A DNA stretch of 64,000 nt, from NCBI GenBank assembly GCA_021823625.1, contig JAKANS010000001.1, positions 16,483 to 80,482 of the forward strand, written 5' to 3'. The DNA comes from a bacterium. GTDB taxonomy: Bacteria; Verrucomicrobiota; Verrucomicrobiia; Limisphaerales; J093. A program made the position numbers and the translations under genes. Under the pieces are notes generated by a model, which worked only from the letters and a program-made list of their open reading frames with translations, was not told where the DNA came from and searched no databases. Of this stretch, positions 46,243 through 55,707 are shown one piece after another. Numbering within the stretch: the stretch's first letter is position 1; each line of letters starts with the position of its first letter.

Positions 46243-47565
46243 TCAGGGCGCGCGCCGGGGCCAGGCGAGTTCGACCGGACAGATCAGCACCTTGTCGATG
46301 CGCTGGCGGTCCATGTCGATGACCTCGAAACGGAACCCCTGCCAGTCAAAGGTGTCGCCTTCTTTCGCCGCGCGGCCGAGTTGTCCGGCTACGAACTCGG
46401 CCACGGTCGCGTGCTCCGTTTGCGCCCCGGCCGGCAGAGGCACGCCACCGAGCAGCGGTTCGAGTTTGGCCAGGAGAAACCGTCCGTCCACGAGCAGCGA
46501 GCCGTCAGGGCGCCGCCGGGCTTCCGGCCGGAGCCGGTCCTCAAGGGACGGGATCTCGCCGACGATCGCTTCCAGCACGTCCACGAGCGTGACCAGACCG
46601 ACTACCGCGCCGTTCTCGCCGACCACCAAAGCGATGTGCTGACCAGTCTGCTTGAACCGATCGAGCAAGTTCATCACGGTCTGCGTGGCCGGCACCGTGA
46701 GCGGCCGCGTCATCAGGTCCGCCAGCCGCACGCCCACCTGGGCGGCCAGATTGGCGTAAATCGCCTTCACCGAAACGACTCCCACCACCCGGTCCCGCGC
46801 GCCGTCATAGACGGGGAAATTCGAATGGCCCGACACGACGATCTTGTGCCAGACGGCCTCATGCGGGTCGGTTCGGTTCAGGAAAATGATCTTTTCGCGC
46901 GGGGTCATGATGTCTTGGACGGGACGCTGGTCGAACGCCAAAACCGAAGCGACCATCTGCGGCTCTGCGGCGTGGAACACGCCGGCTTCCATGCCTTCCC
47001 GGAGCAACAGTTTCACTTCGTCGTCGGACACGGTCGGCGCGGGCTTGAGCTTCACGCCAAGCAGCTTCAGGGCGAGATCGGTGGACGCGCCCAACAACTT
47101 CACGGCGGGCCGGGCCAGGTGGCTGAGCCAGTCCATCGGCCGGGCCATCCGCCGGGCGATGCCTTCGGGATTCGCCAGCGCCAGGCGCTTGGGGACCAAC
47201 TCGCCGATGACCAGGGAGAAATAGGTCAACGCCACCACCACGACGCCGACGCCCGCCGCTTCCGCGTAAGGCGCCAGGGGCGCAAACGCGGCCAGCGCCA
47301 GCGCGATTTGGCGCGCCACCGTGGCGCCGCCGAACGCGCCGGCCAGCAGACCGATCAAGGTGATTCCGACCTGGACCGTCGGCAGGAAGCGGTTGGGCGC
47401 TTCGGCCAAATCCAGCGCCACCCGCGCGCGGCGATCACCGGCCTCGGCGAGTTGCTTCAAGCGCGCGCGGCGCGCGGAGATCACGGCCAGCTCGGTCATC
47501 GCGAACACGCCGTTCGCGACGAACAGGAGGAGGATGACGACACTTTCGAGGAGGAGCGAAGTCAT
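46243..47565 (-). CDS. CNNM/hemolysin-family protein (DUF21-CBS pair-CorC_HlyC)
   Basis: 440 aa. N-terminal 4-TM DUF21, CBS region, and C-terminal transporter-associated domain. Confidence 0.85.
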   Translation of the reverse strand: MTSLLLESVVILLLFVANGVFAMTELAVISARRARLKQLAEAGDRRARVALDLAEAPNRFLPTVQVGITLIGLLAGAFGGATVARQIALALAAFAPLAPYAEAAGVGVVVVALTYFSLVIGELVPKRLALANPEGIARRMARPMDWLSHLARPAVKLLGASTDLALKLLGVKLKPAPTVSDDEVKLLLREGMEAGVFHAAEPQMVASVLAFDQRPVQDIMTPREKIIFLNRTDPHEAVWHKIVVSGHSNFPVYDGARDRVVGVVSVKAIYANLAAQVGVRLADLMTRPLTVPATQTVMNLLDRFKQTGQHIALVVGENGAVVGLVTLVDVLEAIVGEIPSLEDRLRPEARRRPDGSLLVDGRFLLAKLEPLLGGVPLPAGAQTEHATVAEFVAGQLGRAAKEGDTFDWQGFRFEVIDMDRQRIDKVLICPVELAWPRRAP

Positions 47566-47632
47566 GGTTCAACCACGGTTTGCGAGCGTTTTGCTCTCGT
47601 CCGGCGGGTGTGCCGGGGTCGAGAGCCACAGA

Positions 47633-48575
47633 CTACTTTGGCCACAGCCACGCCAGGTAACCGGCATAGACTGCCAGCAGCAAGCCGCCTTCCCAGCGCG
47701 CCAGCCGGTGACCGGTCCACACGATCGGCAGCAGCAAGGCGGACGACCCCACCATCACCCAGACATCCACGCGGCTGATTCCGGCGCCGTCCAGCGGCGC
47801 CACCAGACCCGAAGCGCCGAGGATCGCCAGCACGTTGTAGCTGTTCGAGCCAACGATGTTTCCAACGGCAATGTCCGTTTGCTTGCGCCGCCGCGACCAC
47901 GGATGCCGCAAGCTCAGGCAAGCTCGTGCCAGCGGCCACGATGGTCAACCCGATCACGGCTTCGCTCAGGCCGAGTTGCCGGGCGAGATCGACCGCGCCG
48001 TGCACAAACCAGCGCGAACCCAACACGAGCACGATCAATCCGCCGACGATTAACGCGGCGTCCTTCCACCAGGCGGCGCTGGGCGCGGGCAGACTTTCCA
48101 CGGGCGGCAACTCGCCGGTCTGCCTGGCCCCCCGCCGGGCCAGCACCACGTTCAAGGTGATGTAAGCCGCCAACCCCGCGAGCAACAGCGCCGCCTCCCA
48201 GCGGTCCAGCCTCCCGTCGCGGAAGAACAGGAGGAACACGGCGGCCACGCCGATCATCACCGGCGTGTCGAACTTCACCAACTGGGACTGCACGCGCAGC
48301 GGCGTGATCAGCGCGGTCAGACCAAGAATGAAGCCGAGGTTAAAGATGGTTGAACCCACTACGTTGCCGATGGCGATGGCGCCCTGACCGCTGGCGGCGG
48401 CGGTGAGGCTGACGACCAATTCGGGCGAACTGGTGCCGTACGCGACCACCGTCAAGCCGGCCAGGAGCGGGGTCATGCCGAGCCGCAACGCCAGCGCGGC
48501 GCTGCCACGGACGAGCCATTCCGCGCCGAAGTACAGCGCGACCGTGCCTGCGAGCAGCCAGAAGGCGATGAGCAT
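47633..48575 (-). pseudogene. Ca2+/Na+ antiporter (YrbG-like) interrupted by a 1-nt frameshift
   Basis: The N-terminal part (MLIAFWLLAG...GTSLPELAASVVAA) is in the frame of ORF 47562..49556. The C-terminal part (RKQTDIAVGNIVGSNSYNVLAILG...) is in the frame of ORF 47633..47911. The switch falls in the gcgccgccgcg run at about 47885-47897. Confidence 0.75.
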
Positions 48576-48733
48576 GGTATCGGCAAATCCTTCGCGCCCT
48601 TGCCCGCCGCAGCCGCCGTCGGATGCCAGCGCCAGCCCGGCGCGGAAACGCGCGGAGCGTAGCCCGCCGCAGCCGCGGCGCAAAACGGCTTTCCTTTCTT
48701 TGGCCGTTCGCACACGGGCCGCGGAAGCGCCGG

Positions 48734-49582
48734 TCAGTCGTCCCAGCGAAATTCCACGACCAGCGGCAGGTGGTCGGAAGCTTCCGTGCGCGGCACCCAC
48801 GCCCGCAGCGGCTTGAGCGGCGAGCCTTTCCCCAACCAGAGATAGTCGATGCGCCGGTCCGGCTTCGGGCTGGGAATGGTGAAACCATCGCCGCTCCCGG
48901 CGAGCTTCCAGGCGTCGTCGAAAAGTGCCGCCATCGCCAGGTCCGTGCGGCTGCCGGGTGTGTCGTTGAAGTCGCCGCCGAACAGGACCGGCAGGTCCGG
49001 ATAGCTCGCCAGCACTTCCTTGAACTGCGTCACGTTTTGCAGCCGCTCGGCGTCGTCGCGGCGAAAATCGATGTGCGTGGCCAGGAACAACAACTCCCGA
49101 CCGTGGAGGTCGAGGACGAGCTGGAGCACGCCGCGCTGCTCGTTCGGGCGCAGCATTCGCAGGTGGGTGTTGGTCCAGCGTTTCACCGGAAATCGCGTGA
49201 GCACCGCGTTTCCGTACTCGCCGCCCTGATAGTGAAAGTTGTTGCTGAACACGCATGCCAGGCCGGTCAAGGCCGCCAGTTCGGCCGGAAAATCGCGCCG
49301 GGCGGTGCGTTGCACGCCTTTGTCCACTTCTTCGAGCGCGACGACGTCGGCCTGCTGCTGGCGGATGACACCGGCGATGCGCCCCAGGTCCACGCGCCCA
49401 TCCACGCCTTCGCCGTGGTGGATGTTGTAGGTCATGGCGCGAAAGGTCACCGGCTGGGCGGCGGGAGTGTCCGCGGCCCCAGCGTTCACCGCGAAAAGCG
49501 TCACCAGTACCCCAACGACTCCCGTGGCTCGCCGGATTTGCCCGAGCCACCGGCAAGCGACCTGCCGTTTCGGTAGCCGCAA
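48734..49582 (-). CDS. endonuclease/exonuclease/phosphatase (EEP) family protein
   Basis: MTYNIHHG, GGDFND and SDHLPLV motifs. Start uncertain (TTG 49582 gives a signal peptide; ATG 49696 is the alternative). Confidence 0.7.
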   Translation of the reverse strand: MRLPKRQVACRWLGQIRRATGVVGVLVTLFAVNAGAADTPAAQPVTFRAMTYNIHHGEGVDGRVDLGRIAGVIRQQQADVVALEEVDKGVQRTARRDFPAELAALTGLACVFSNNFHYQGGEYGNAVLTRFPVKRWTNTHLRMLRPNEQRGVLQLVLDLHGRELLFLATHIDFRRDDAERLQNVTQFKEVLASYPDLPVLFGGDFNDTPGSRTDLAMAALFDDAWKLAGSGDGFTIPSPKPDRRIDYLWLGKGSPLKPLRAWVPRTEASDHLPLVVEFRWDD

Positions 49583-49816
49583 GGCAATGAGCGCAGGCGG
49601 ACGATCCAGAAGTTGGCAGCCGCCGGGCGGTTCGAGGTGCGTGCGCCGGCCGGTGGCGCCGGCGAACTGATTCGAAGAGTTGGGTGAGCGTCGCATCGGC
49701 GAACCATCCAAACAGATCGTCCGCGGCTGGCCAGCCCGAAGCTTCCAGGCGCCTACGAAACCCGCGCCGCTCAGGGGGGACTTGCCAGCCCGGCCGGGGC
49801 GTGGTTCAAGGGGGCC

Positions 49817-50224
49817 GTGAAGCGCACCCGCCGCCTGCCGAAGACCCGCCCCAAACCTGCCTGGACGAGCCGCGACGACGTGCTCGCGGAATGGCGACGG
49901 GTCGATCTTGCGCCGTTGGAAAAGGCCGGCCACATGGCGGCCATCCCGGTGGGCGACCTCCTGCCGGCGTTGGTCAAGAAACTGGGCCTGACCCAGCGGC
50001 GCGCGGAAGCGGAGTTGCTCAAGGCGTGGAACAGCCTCGTCGATCCCAACATTGCCGCTCATGCCCAGCCGGCCGGCGTTCGCAAGGGCACGCTGTTCGT
50101 GAAAGTGGACAGCAGCGTGTGGTTGTCCGAAATCGTGCGCTACCGGCGACGGGAAATCCTCGAGCGCCTGCAGAGTTGTTTCGGCCGCGAATTGATCGCC
50201 CGCATTTCCTTCCGTGCCGGCTGA
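49817..50224 (+). CDS. DUF721 (DciA-like) protein
   Basis: 135 aa with GTG start. LKAWNSLVDPNIAAHAQPAGVRKGTLFVKVDSSVWLSEI pattern. Confidence 0.75.
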   Translation: MKRTRRLPKTRPKPAWTSRDDVLAEWRRVDLAPLEKAGHMAAIPVGDLLPALVKKLGLTQRRAEAELLKAWNSLVDPNIAAHAQPAGVRKGTLFVKVDSSVWLSEIVRYRRREILERLQSCFGRELIARISFRAG

Positions 50225-50241
50225 ACGCGGCGGCGGGCGGG

Positions 50242-51216
50242 TCAACGCGCTGCGCTGGGGTTGGTCAAGGCAGGTGGCGCGGGTGGGCGCCCGGTTGGCG
50301 GCGGCGGCGGAAGCTGGGTGCGCAACCGCCGCCACGCCTGTTGTTCTGCCTTCGACATCGCCTGCCAGCGGGCGGCGTTGCGCAGGAACTTCTCGCGTTC
50401 CGCTGGCGACAATGCGCTGAACCGGCGGAAGGCTTCGAGCGACTTCGCCCGCTTGTCCGCCGGCAGCTCTTCCAAGGCCCGCACCATCCGGGACACCTGC
50501 TCGCGCCGGGTGTCGTCCAGGCGCGCGAGGGTCTTCTCTTGTTCGCGGTCGCCCAGCTTCAGGAAGGTCTCGAACCGCGCGGTCACCCGCTGGCGCTCGT
50601 CGGCCGGCAAGGCTTGCCAGCGGGCCAGATCGGTTTCGAGCTGGTGGCGGCGCTCGGGCGCAAGCTGGGTTCGCGCCGCCTGTTGTTCGGCCGGTCCCGC
50701 GCGATCGAGCAAGGGCAGGCCGGCGAACACCGATTCGCTCTGGAGCATTTCGCGCTGCTGGTCCGGTCCGAGTTTGTCCCACGCTGCGAGCCGTTCGCGC
50801 ACAATCCCTAGATAGTCCACGGGGATCAGCCGCAGACTCGCGGTGCGATTGGTGGGCGCGGTGCGTAACAAAGGAAGGAGGTAGTGCCGCAGCGTCAGCA
50901 ACTGGAAACGCAACTCGCGCTCGGGGGGCGTCAGGCGATCGAACTCCGCGAGCCGCGCCTGCAAGTATTCGCGCTGCGCCGGCGTGCGGGTGGCCAGCGA
51001 CTGTTCGCGCGCGGCCGGGCTGAACGCGAGCAGTTCGCGAAAGCGGTCGATGGGCGTCAGTGCCGGCGGCAAAACGGGCGGCAAGGCCGGCGGCATCGGC
51101 GGTTGGCCGGCACGCGGCTCACCTTGGGCGGGGGTGCCGGAGCGCAACGCGGCCCCAAGCGCCAAGGCCCCCATCAGGGCGGCGAGCAGGAGGCGATGTT
51201 GGGCAGCGTGCCGCAT
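50242..51216 (-). CDS. DUF3106-like periplasmic repeat protein
   Basis: 324 aa from ATG 51216 with a signal peptide. Repeated W..L.P.ER motifs (LTPPERELRF, LPADERQRV, LSPAEREKF). Confidence 0.7.
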   Translation of the reverse strand: MRHAAQHRLLLAALMGALALGAALRSGTPAQGEPRAGQPPMPPALPPVLPPALTPIDRFRELLAFSPAAREQSLATRTPAQREYLQARLAEFDRLTPPERELRFQLLTLRHYLLPLLRTAPTNRTASLRLIPVDYLGIVRERLAAWDKLGPDQQREMLQSESVFAGLPLLDRAGPAEQQAARTQLAPERRHQLETDLARWQALPADERQRVTARFETFLKLGDREQEKTLARLDDTRREQVSRMVRALEELPADKRAKSLEAFRRFSALSPAEREKFLRNAARWQAMSKAEQQAWRRLRTQLPPPPPTGRPPAPPALTNPSAAR

Positions 51217-51223
51217 GGCGGAT

Positions 51224-51727
51224 TCACTCGAAGGCCTGGGCCAGCTCCTGCTCGTCCAGCAGCGGCCCGCTGGGCAGATGATAGACCACCTCGAAATCGG
51301 CGAGCGCTTCCACACTGGGCAGGTCCGCCAAGGCGGACATGGCGGCGACGCTTTCCGCCATTCGGGCGCGGTACTGCGCCTGTTGCCGCAACTGCACCGA
51401 CACCAGGATTGCCGCCAGTGCCGCCCCGGCGGTGGCCAGACGCCAGCCCAGCCCGAACGAACGCCACCACCGCGGCCGGACGCGCCGTTCGCGGGCGGCG
51501 TCCCGTTCGAGGCCTTCGACTGCGTGGACGACCCGGGCGGTGAAATTGGAGGCCAGCGGCGCGGCGGGCATCGCGGCCAGGAGACGGTTCAGCGCGGCTT
51601 CTTCGGCCCACGCCGTGCGCAACTCCGGATGCGCCGCCAGCCAGGCTTCCAGTTCGGCGCGCTCCGTCGGCGTCAATTCCCGCCGCTGGGCCGCGTCCAA
51701 CAGTCGCTCGTAGCTGAGAGGGTTCAT
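51224..51727 (-). CDS. membrane anti-sigma factor
   Basis: 167 aa, directly downstream of the ECF sigma gene, with a single TM (LATAGAALAAILVSV). Confidence 0.65.
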   Translation of the reverse strand: MNPLSYERLLDAAQRRELTPTERAELEAWLAAHPELRTAWAEEAALNRLLAAMPAAPLASNFTARVVHAVEGLERDAARERRVRPRWWRSFGLGWRLATAGAALAAILVSVQLRQQAQYRARMAESVAAMSALADLPSVEALADFEVVYHLPSGPLLDEQELAQAFE

Positions 51728-51776
51728 GGCACGTTCTGGAAAAGAAAAACCGGCGGGGGGCCAAAGTTGCGCCGCC

Positions 51777-52385
51777 TCACGGCGAATCCTGCCACTCGCC
51801 GGTGCGCAAATACGGTTTGAGCCGCGCCTTGAGCGTTTCGCGTCCGCGGTGGATCAGCGACTTGACCGCGGTGAGCGAGCAGCCCAGCACCTCCGCGATG
51901 TCTTCGTAGGCGAGCTCCTGTTCACGGCAAAGCAGGATCGCGAGCCGCTGGTTCGGCGGCAGGGCGTTCAAGCCTTCCTGAATCTTGGCCTCAAGCTCGC
52001 CGTGCAGGAGGTCGTCGGTTGGCGGTGACTGGCGAAGGTCGGCGAGGGCGCGCTGCGGTTCCTCCTCGTGGCCGGGGAGCGGCTCGTCGAGCGACTCCGC
52101 CGGATGCCGCGAGCGGCGCCGCAGTTCGTTCAGGCACAGGTTGCGGGCGATGGTGAACAACCAGGTGGAGAACTTCGCCGACACGCGGTAGCGGTGCGCC
52201 GACTTGAACACCTGCACGAACACGTTTTGGGCCAGGTCCTCGGCCTCGACGGCATCGCCCAGCGTGCGGTACGCCAGGTTCGCGACGGGTTGCTGGTACT
52301 TGGCGACCAACTCCTCGAAGGCGCGCACGTCCCCGCGCTTCACGCGCAACATCAAGGTGGCATCGGGGTCGCGTCCGGAACCCAT
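51777..52385 (-). CDS. ECF-type RNA polymerase sigma-70 factor
   Basis: 202 aa from ATG 52385. Region 2 is AEDLAQNVFVQVF...FSTWLFTIARNLCLNELRR. Region 4 is YEDIAEVLGCSLTAVKSLIHRGR. Confidence 0.9.
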   Translation of the reverse strand: MGSGRDPDATLMLRVKRGDVRAFEELVAKYQQPVANLAYRTLGDAVEAEDLAQNVFVQVFKSAHRYRVSAKFSTWLFTIARNLCLNELRRRSRHPAESLDEPLPGHEEEPQRALADLRQSPPTDDLLHGELEAKIQEGLNALPPNQRLAILLCREQELAYEDIAEVLGCSLTAVKSLIHRGRETLKARLKPYLRTGEWQDSP

Positions 52386-52537
52386 CGGGTCGGACTGTAG
52401 CAAACACCCGGACGCGGACAAGGTTGCGGACCGGCGGCGCGGCGTCTCCGGCGGCGCCCGCACACTGGCGGGTCAGAGACTTGAATCGGGGGCGCGGTTT
52501 GCCCAAGCTCCGCGGCGGAACGCCTCGATCCCACACC

Positions 52538-53863
52538 ATGCGCAATCTGGACTCGTTCTTTGCCCTCACCGCCAACCGAACCGCGGTGCGGACCGAGATC
52601 ACCGCCGGGCTGACGACTTTCGCCGCGATGGCTTACATCCTGGCGGTGAACCCCAGCATCCTCTCGGTGACGGGCATGGATCGCGGGGCGCTGGTCACGG
52701 CCACGGCGTTGGCGTCCGCCTTGATGACCGTGGTTTTCGCGCTCGCCACGAATTACCCGCTCGCACTGGCGCCCGGCATGGGCATGAACGCCTTTTTTGC
52801 CTACACGCTTTGCGTGGGTATGAAACTCCCCTGGCAGGCCGCGCTGGGACTCACCTTTCTCAGCGGCCTGGTATTTCTCGGATTGACGGTGACCGGTCTG
52901 CGCCGACGGATCATCGAGGCCATCCCGGCCGAACTCAAAACCGCGATCAGTTGCGGGATCGGCCTGTTCATCGCCTTCATCGGATTGAAGAACGCCGGGA
53001 TCGTCGCCGCCGATCCCAACACGTTCGTGAAGGCCGGCGACCTGGCAGCGCCGGCCGCGCTACTGGCACTGGCGGGAATCGTCCTCACGGCCACGCTCGT
53101 CTGGCGCAAGATGCGCGGGGCGATGATCCTCGCGATCCTCTTGCTTACCGTCGCGGGCCTGTTCATCCCCGCGTCGGACGGCAAAGGGCAGCTCACGCAA
53201 CTTCCGTCGGCGTTGATCGCGTTGCCGGCGTCGCTGGCGCCGACCTTCCTCAAGCTGGACCTGGGCTACGTTTTCGCGCACTTCCTCGAACTCCTGCCGG
53301 CGTTGCTGGCGCTGCTCTTCGTGGACTTGTTCGACAACATGGGCACGCTCATCGGCGTGTCGCAACGGGCCGGGTTGCTGGACGCGCAAGGCAACCTGCC
53401 TCGCATCGGGCGGGCCTTGGCTGCTGACGCCGGCGCCGCGATGGTGGGTGCCTGTCTGGGAACGTCCACGGTGACCAGCTATATCGAGTCGGCGGCCGGC
53501 GTGGAGGAAGGCGGTCGCACGGGGTTGACGTCGCTGGTGGTGGCGGCGTGCTTCCTCCTGGCGCTTTTTTTTAGCCCGGTAATCCTGGCGGTGCCGGCGG
53601 TTGCAACGGCGCCGGCGCTGGTCGTGGTGGGCATTTTCATGATGCAAGGCGTCACGCGCCTCGACTTGAGCGATTTTTCCGTGGCGGCGCCGTGCGTGCT
53701 GACGATGTTGTTGATGCCGCTCACCTCCAGCATCAGCGAAGGCTTGTCGCTGGGCTTCCTCTGCTATGTCGTGCTCAAACTCGGCACCGGCCGCTGGCGC
53801 GAACTGACGCCCACGGCCTGGGTGCTGGGCATGCTGTTCCTGCTGCACGTCTTGTTCCGGTGA
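52538..53863 (+). CDS. NCS2-family purine permease (AzgA-like adenine/guanine/hypoxanthine)
   Basis: 441 aa from ATG 52538. TEITAGLTTFAAMAYILAVNP and GMGMNAFFAYT. Confidence 0.85.
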   Translation: MRNLDSFFALTANRTAVRTEITAGLTTFAAMAYILAVNPSILSVTGMDRGALVTATALASALMTVVFALATNYPLALAPGMGMNAFFAYTLCVGMKLPWQAALGLTFLSGLVFLGLTVTGLRRRIIEAIPAELKTAISCGIGLFIAFIGLKNAGIVAADPNTFVKAGDLAAPAALLALAGIVLTATLVWRKMRGAMILAILLLTVAGLFIPASDGKGQLTQLPSALIALPASLAPTFLKLDLGYVFAHFLELLPALLALLFVDLFDNMGTLIGVSQRAGLLDAQGNLPRIGRALAADAGAAMVGACLGTSTVTSYIESAAGVEEGGRTGLTSLVVAACFLLALFFSPVILAVPAVATAPALVVVGIFMMQGVTRLDLSDFSVAAPCVLTMLLMPLTSSISEGLSLGFLCYVVLKLGTGRWRELTPTAWVLGMLFLLHVLFR

Positions 53864-53949
53864 GTTTGTCCTACACGGGGTGGGGCGAGACTGACGCCGG
53901 GCCATGCCCGCCGGGCGAGGGGTTGGTCATCCTCAGCTCGATGAGGCCC

Positions 53950-54056
53950 GGAGGATGAATGAGGAAGGCAGGAAAGCCGGAAAGCTCAGCGGGCGCCTCC
54001 TGAGTTCCTGCGTTCCTCATTGACCCTCCGTGTCTCTGCGACTCCGTGGCCATTCG
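53950..54056 (+). repeat. hairpin repeat family, copy II (25-nt imperfect inverted arms plus tail)
   Basis: Arms GGAGGATGAATGAGGAAGGCAGGAA (53950-53974) and TTCCTGCGTTCCTCATTGACCCTCC (54005-54029). Tail gtgtctctgcgactccgtgg. Confidence 0.6.
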
Positions 54057-54119
54057 TGATAGTGGGGTTCCGCAGTCCATGCTTGCCTCGACCGGGCGGG
54101 CTTTTGAAGATCGCGGCGC

Positions 54120-54920
54120 ATGAACCGCATTGTCGAACGCTTCGCCGCGCTGCGTCGCCAGAACCGCAAAGGCCTGGTCATTTACATCGGCGCCGGTGAT
54201 CCGGACCTGGAGGCGACCCGGCGCCTGGCGCTGGCGTTCGACGGCGTCGGCGTGGACGTGCTCGAACTCGGCGTGCCGTTCAGCGATCCGCTCGCCGACG
54301 GTCTGGTGAACCAACTCGCCGCCCAGCGCGGTCTGACCTCCGGCACCACGCCGGCGAAGGTGTTGGAAACCGTGGCCGCCATCCGCCGCGAGTCGCAGAT
54401 CCCGATCGTGCTCTACATCTACTACAACCTGGTGTTCCACCACGGCCAGGAGCAGTTCATCCAAGAAGCCGCGGCCGCGGGCGTGGACGGCCTGCTGGTG
54501 CTCGATCTGCCACCGGACGAGGCGGGCGATTACGAAGCGCAGATGCAGGCCGCAGGCCTGTGCGCGATTTACCTGGTCGCACCGACGACGCCGGAAGACC
54601 GCATCGAGACCATCGTCAAACACGGAGCCGGGTTCGTTTATTATGTCTCGCGCGAAGGCGTGACCGGCATGCAAAGCAAAATCAGCGACACCATCGCGGC
54701 GATGACGGCCAGAATCCGGGCGCACACCGACCTGCCGGTCGCGATCGGCTTCGGCATCTCGAACGCGGAGCAGGCGCGGGCGGTGGCGCAGCACGCCGAG
54801 GCCATCGTCGTGGGCAGCGCGGTGGTGAACCGGATCGGCGAGCTGGGAAAGTCGCCGGAACTGGTGCCGCAGGTGAGTGCGTTCGTGCGGTCGCTGGCCG
54901 ACGCGGTCAAGGCGCCATGA
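54120..54920 (+). CDS. trpA: tryptophan synthase alpha chain
   Basis: LELGVPFSDPLADG and GFVYYVSREGVTG motifs. 266 aa. Confidence 0.9.
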   Translation: MNRIVERFAALRRQNRKGLVIYIGAGDPDLEATRRLALAFDGVGVDVLELGVPFSDPLADGLVNQLAAQRGLTSGTTPAKVLETVAAIRRESQIPIVLYIYYNLVFHHGQEQFIQEAAAAGVDGLLVLDLPPDEAGDYEAQMQAAGLCAIYLVAPTTPEDRIETIVKHGAGFVYYVSREGVTGMQSKISDTIAAMTARIRAHTDLPVAIGFGISNAEQARAVAQHAEAIVVGSAVVNRIGELGKSPELVPQVSAFVRSLADAVKAP

Positions 54921-54978
54921 AGACCGCGGCGCAACCCCACGAACGTCCCCACGCCCGCGGCACGCTTGACCGACGGAA

Positions 54979-54991
54979 GTTATCCGATAAC
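54979..54991. promoter_or_regulatory. inverted repeat GTTATC-c-GATAAC 10 nt upstream of the antitoxin start (candidate TA operator)
   Basis: Seen directly; followed by a second TTATCCGA half-site. Confidence 0.4.
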
Positions 54992-55000
54992 TTATCCGAC

Positions 55001-55237
55001 ATGAAGAAGACGGCGTCGGTCGCGGAATTCACGAAGCAGTTTGGGCCGATCACCAACGCGCTGGCCCCCGGCGAATCGGTCGAAGTGACCAGTTATGGCA
55101 AGGTCCACGGACGTTACGTGCGCGAAGGCCTTCCGCAGCGTCGCCAGCGACTGGATCTCGGCGAACGCCTGGCGCAGCAGGAGTATTCCGAGGTGGACGG
55201 CCAGCGGCTGATCGCCGCGATCCTCGCGGAATCGTGA
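55001..55237 (+). CDS. Phd/YefM-like antitoxin
   Basis: 78 aa: MKKTASVAEFTKQFGPITNAL..GESVEVTSYGKVHGRYV. Alternative start at ATG 54917 overlaps the trpA stop. Confidence 0.6.
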   Translation: MKKTASVAEFTKQFGPITNALAPGESVEVTSYGKVHGRYVREGLPQRRQRLDLGERLAQQEYSEVDGQRLIAAILAES

Positions 55238-55677
55238 CGCACTATCTCGACCTCGGCTTCCTGCTGTGCCTGGTCACCAAGGCGCCGGGTTCGGCCGTGG
55301 CGTGGGAGGTCACGCGGACGCTGGCCCAGCCGATCCCCATCACCGGCCTCCAGGCCATGCAGGTGGAAAACGGCCTGCGCAAGCGGTTTTTCCAGCGCGA
55401 CGCAAAGGCTCAGGCGGTTGCGGCCAAGGCGTGGGGACTGTGGGAGTTCTACAAGGGCGAAATGGTGTTCGCGTTGGAGCCGGCACCTTGGGACGCCGCC
55501 TTCGCGCTGGCTCGCTCGTGGAACGAACGCCTGACCAACGAACCGCCGGCCAGCACCTTCCTGTTGCACCCCGCAGTCGCCGCCGCCTGTGGTTGCACCC
55601 ATTTTCTCAGCTTCCAGCCCGAGAGCCGCGTGCTGGCCGCTGCCGCGGGATTGAAACTGTTGCCGGCGAAACTCTGA
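55234..55677 (+). CDS. PIN-like domain protein (VapC-like fold, acidic residues partly missing)
   Basis: 147 aa. GTG 55234 overlaps the antitoxin TGA (GTGA). YLDLGFLL N-terminus. C-terminal THFLSFQPES stands where T.D is expected. Confidence 0.5.
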   Translation: MTHYLDLGFLLCLVTKAPGSAVAWEVTRTLAQPIPITGLQAMQVENGLRKRFFQRDAKAQAVAAKAWGLWEFYKGEMVFALEPAPWDAAFALARSWNERLTNEPPASTFLLHPAVAAACGCTHFLSFQPESRVLAAAAGLKLLPAKL

Positions 55678-55707
55678 ACGAACGCCCCCCTCTGGGCCGA
55701 GGAATCG

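Noticed and set aside
52386-52537. Purine riboswitch upstream of the NCS2 purine permease.
   Set aside because: There is no three-way-junction consensus (UAUA..UAUGG..CCGUAAA-type elements) in the 150-nt leader.
54120-54920. trpA without an adjacent trpB, as a possible anomaly.
   Set aside because: Split trp genes are common in many lineages, and this cannot be judged from a single window.
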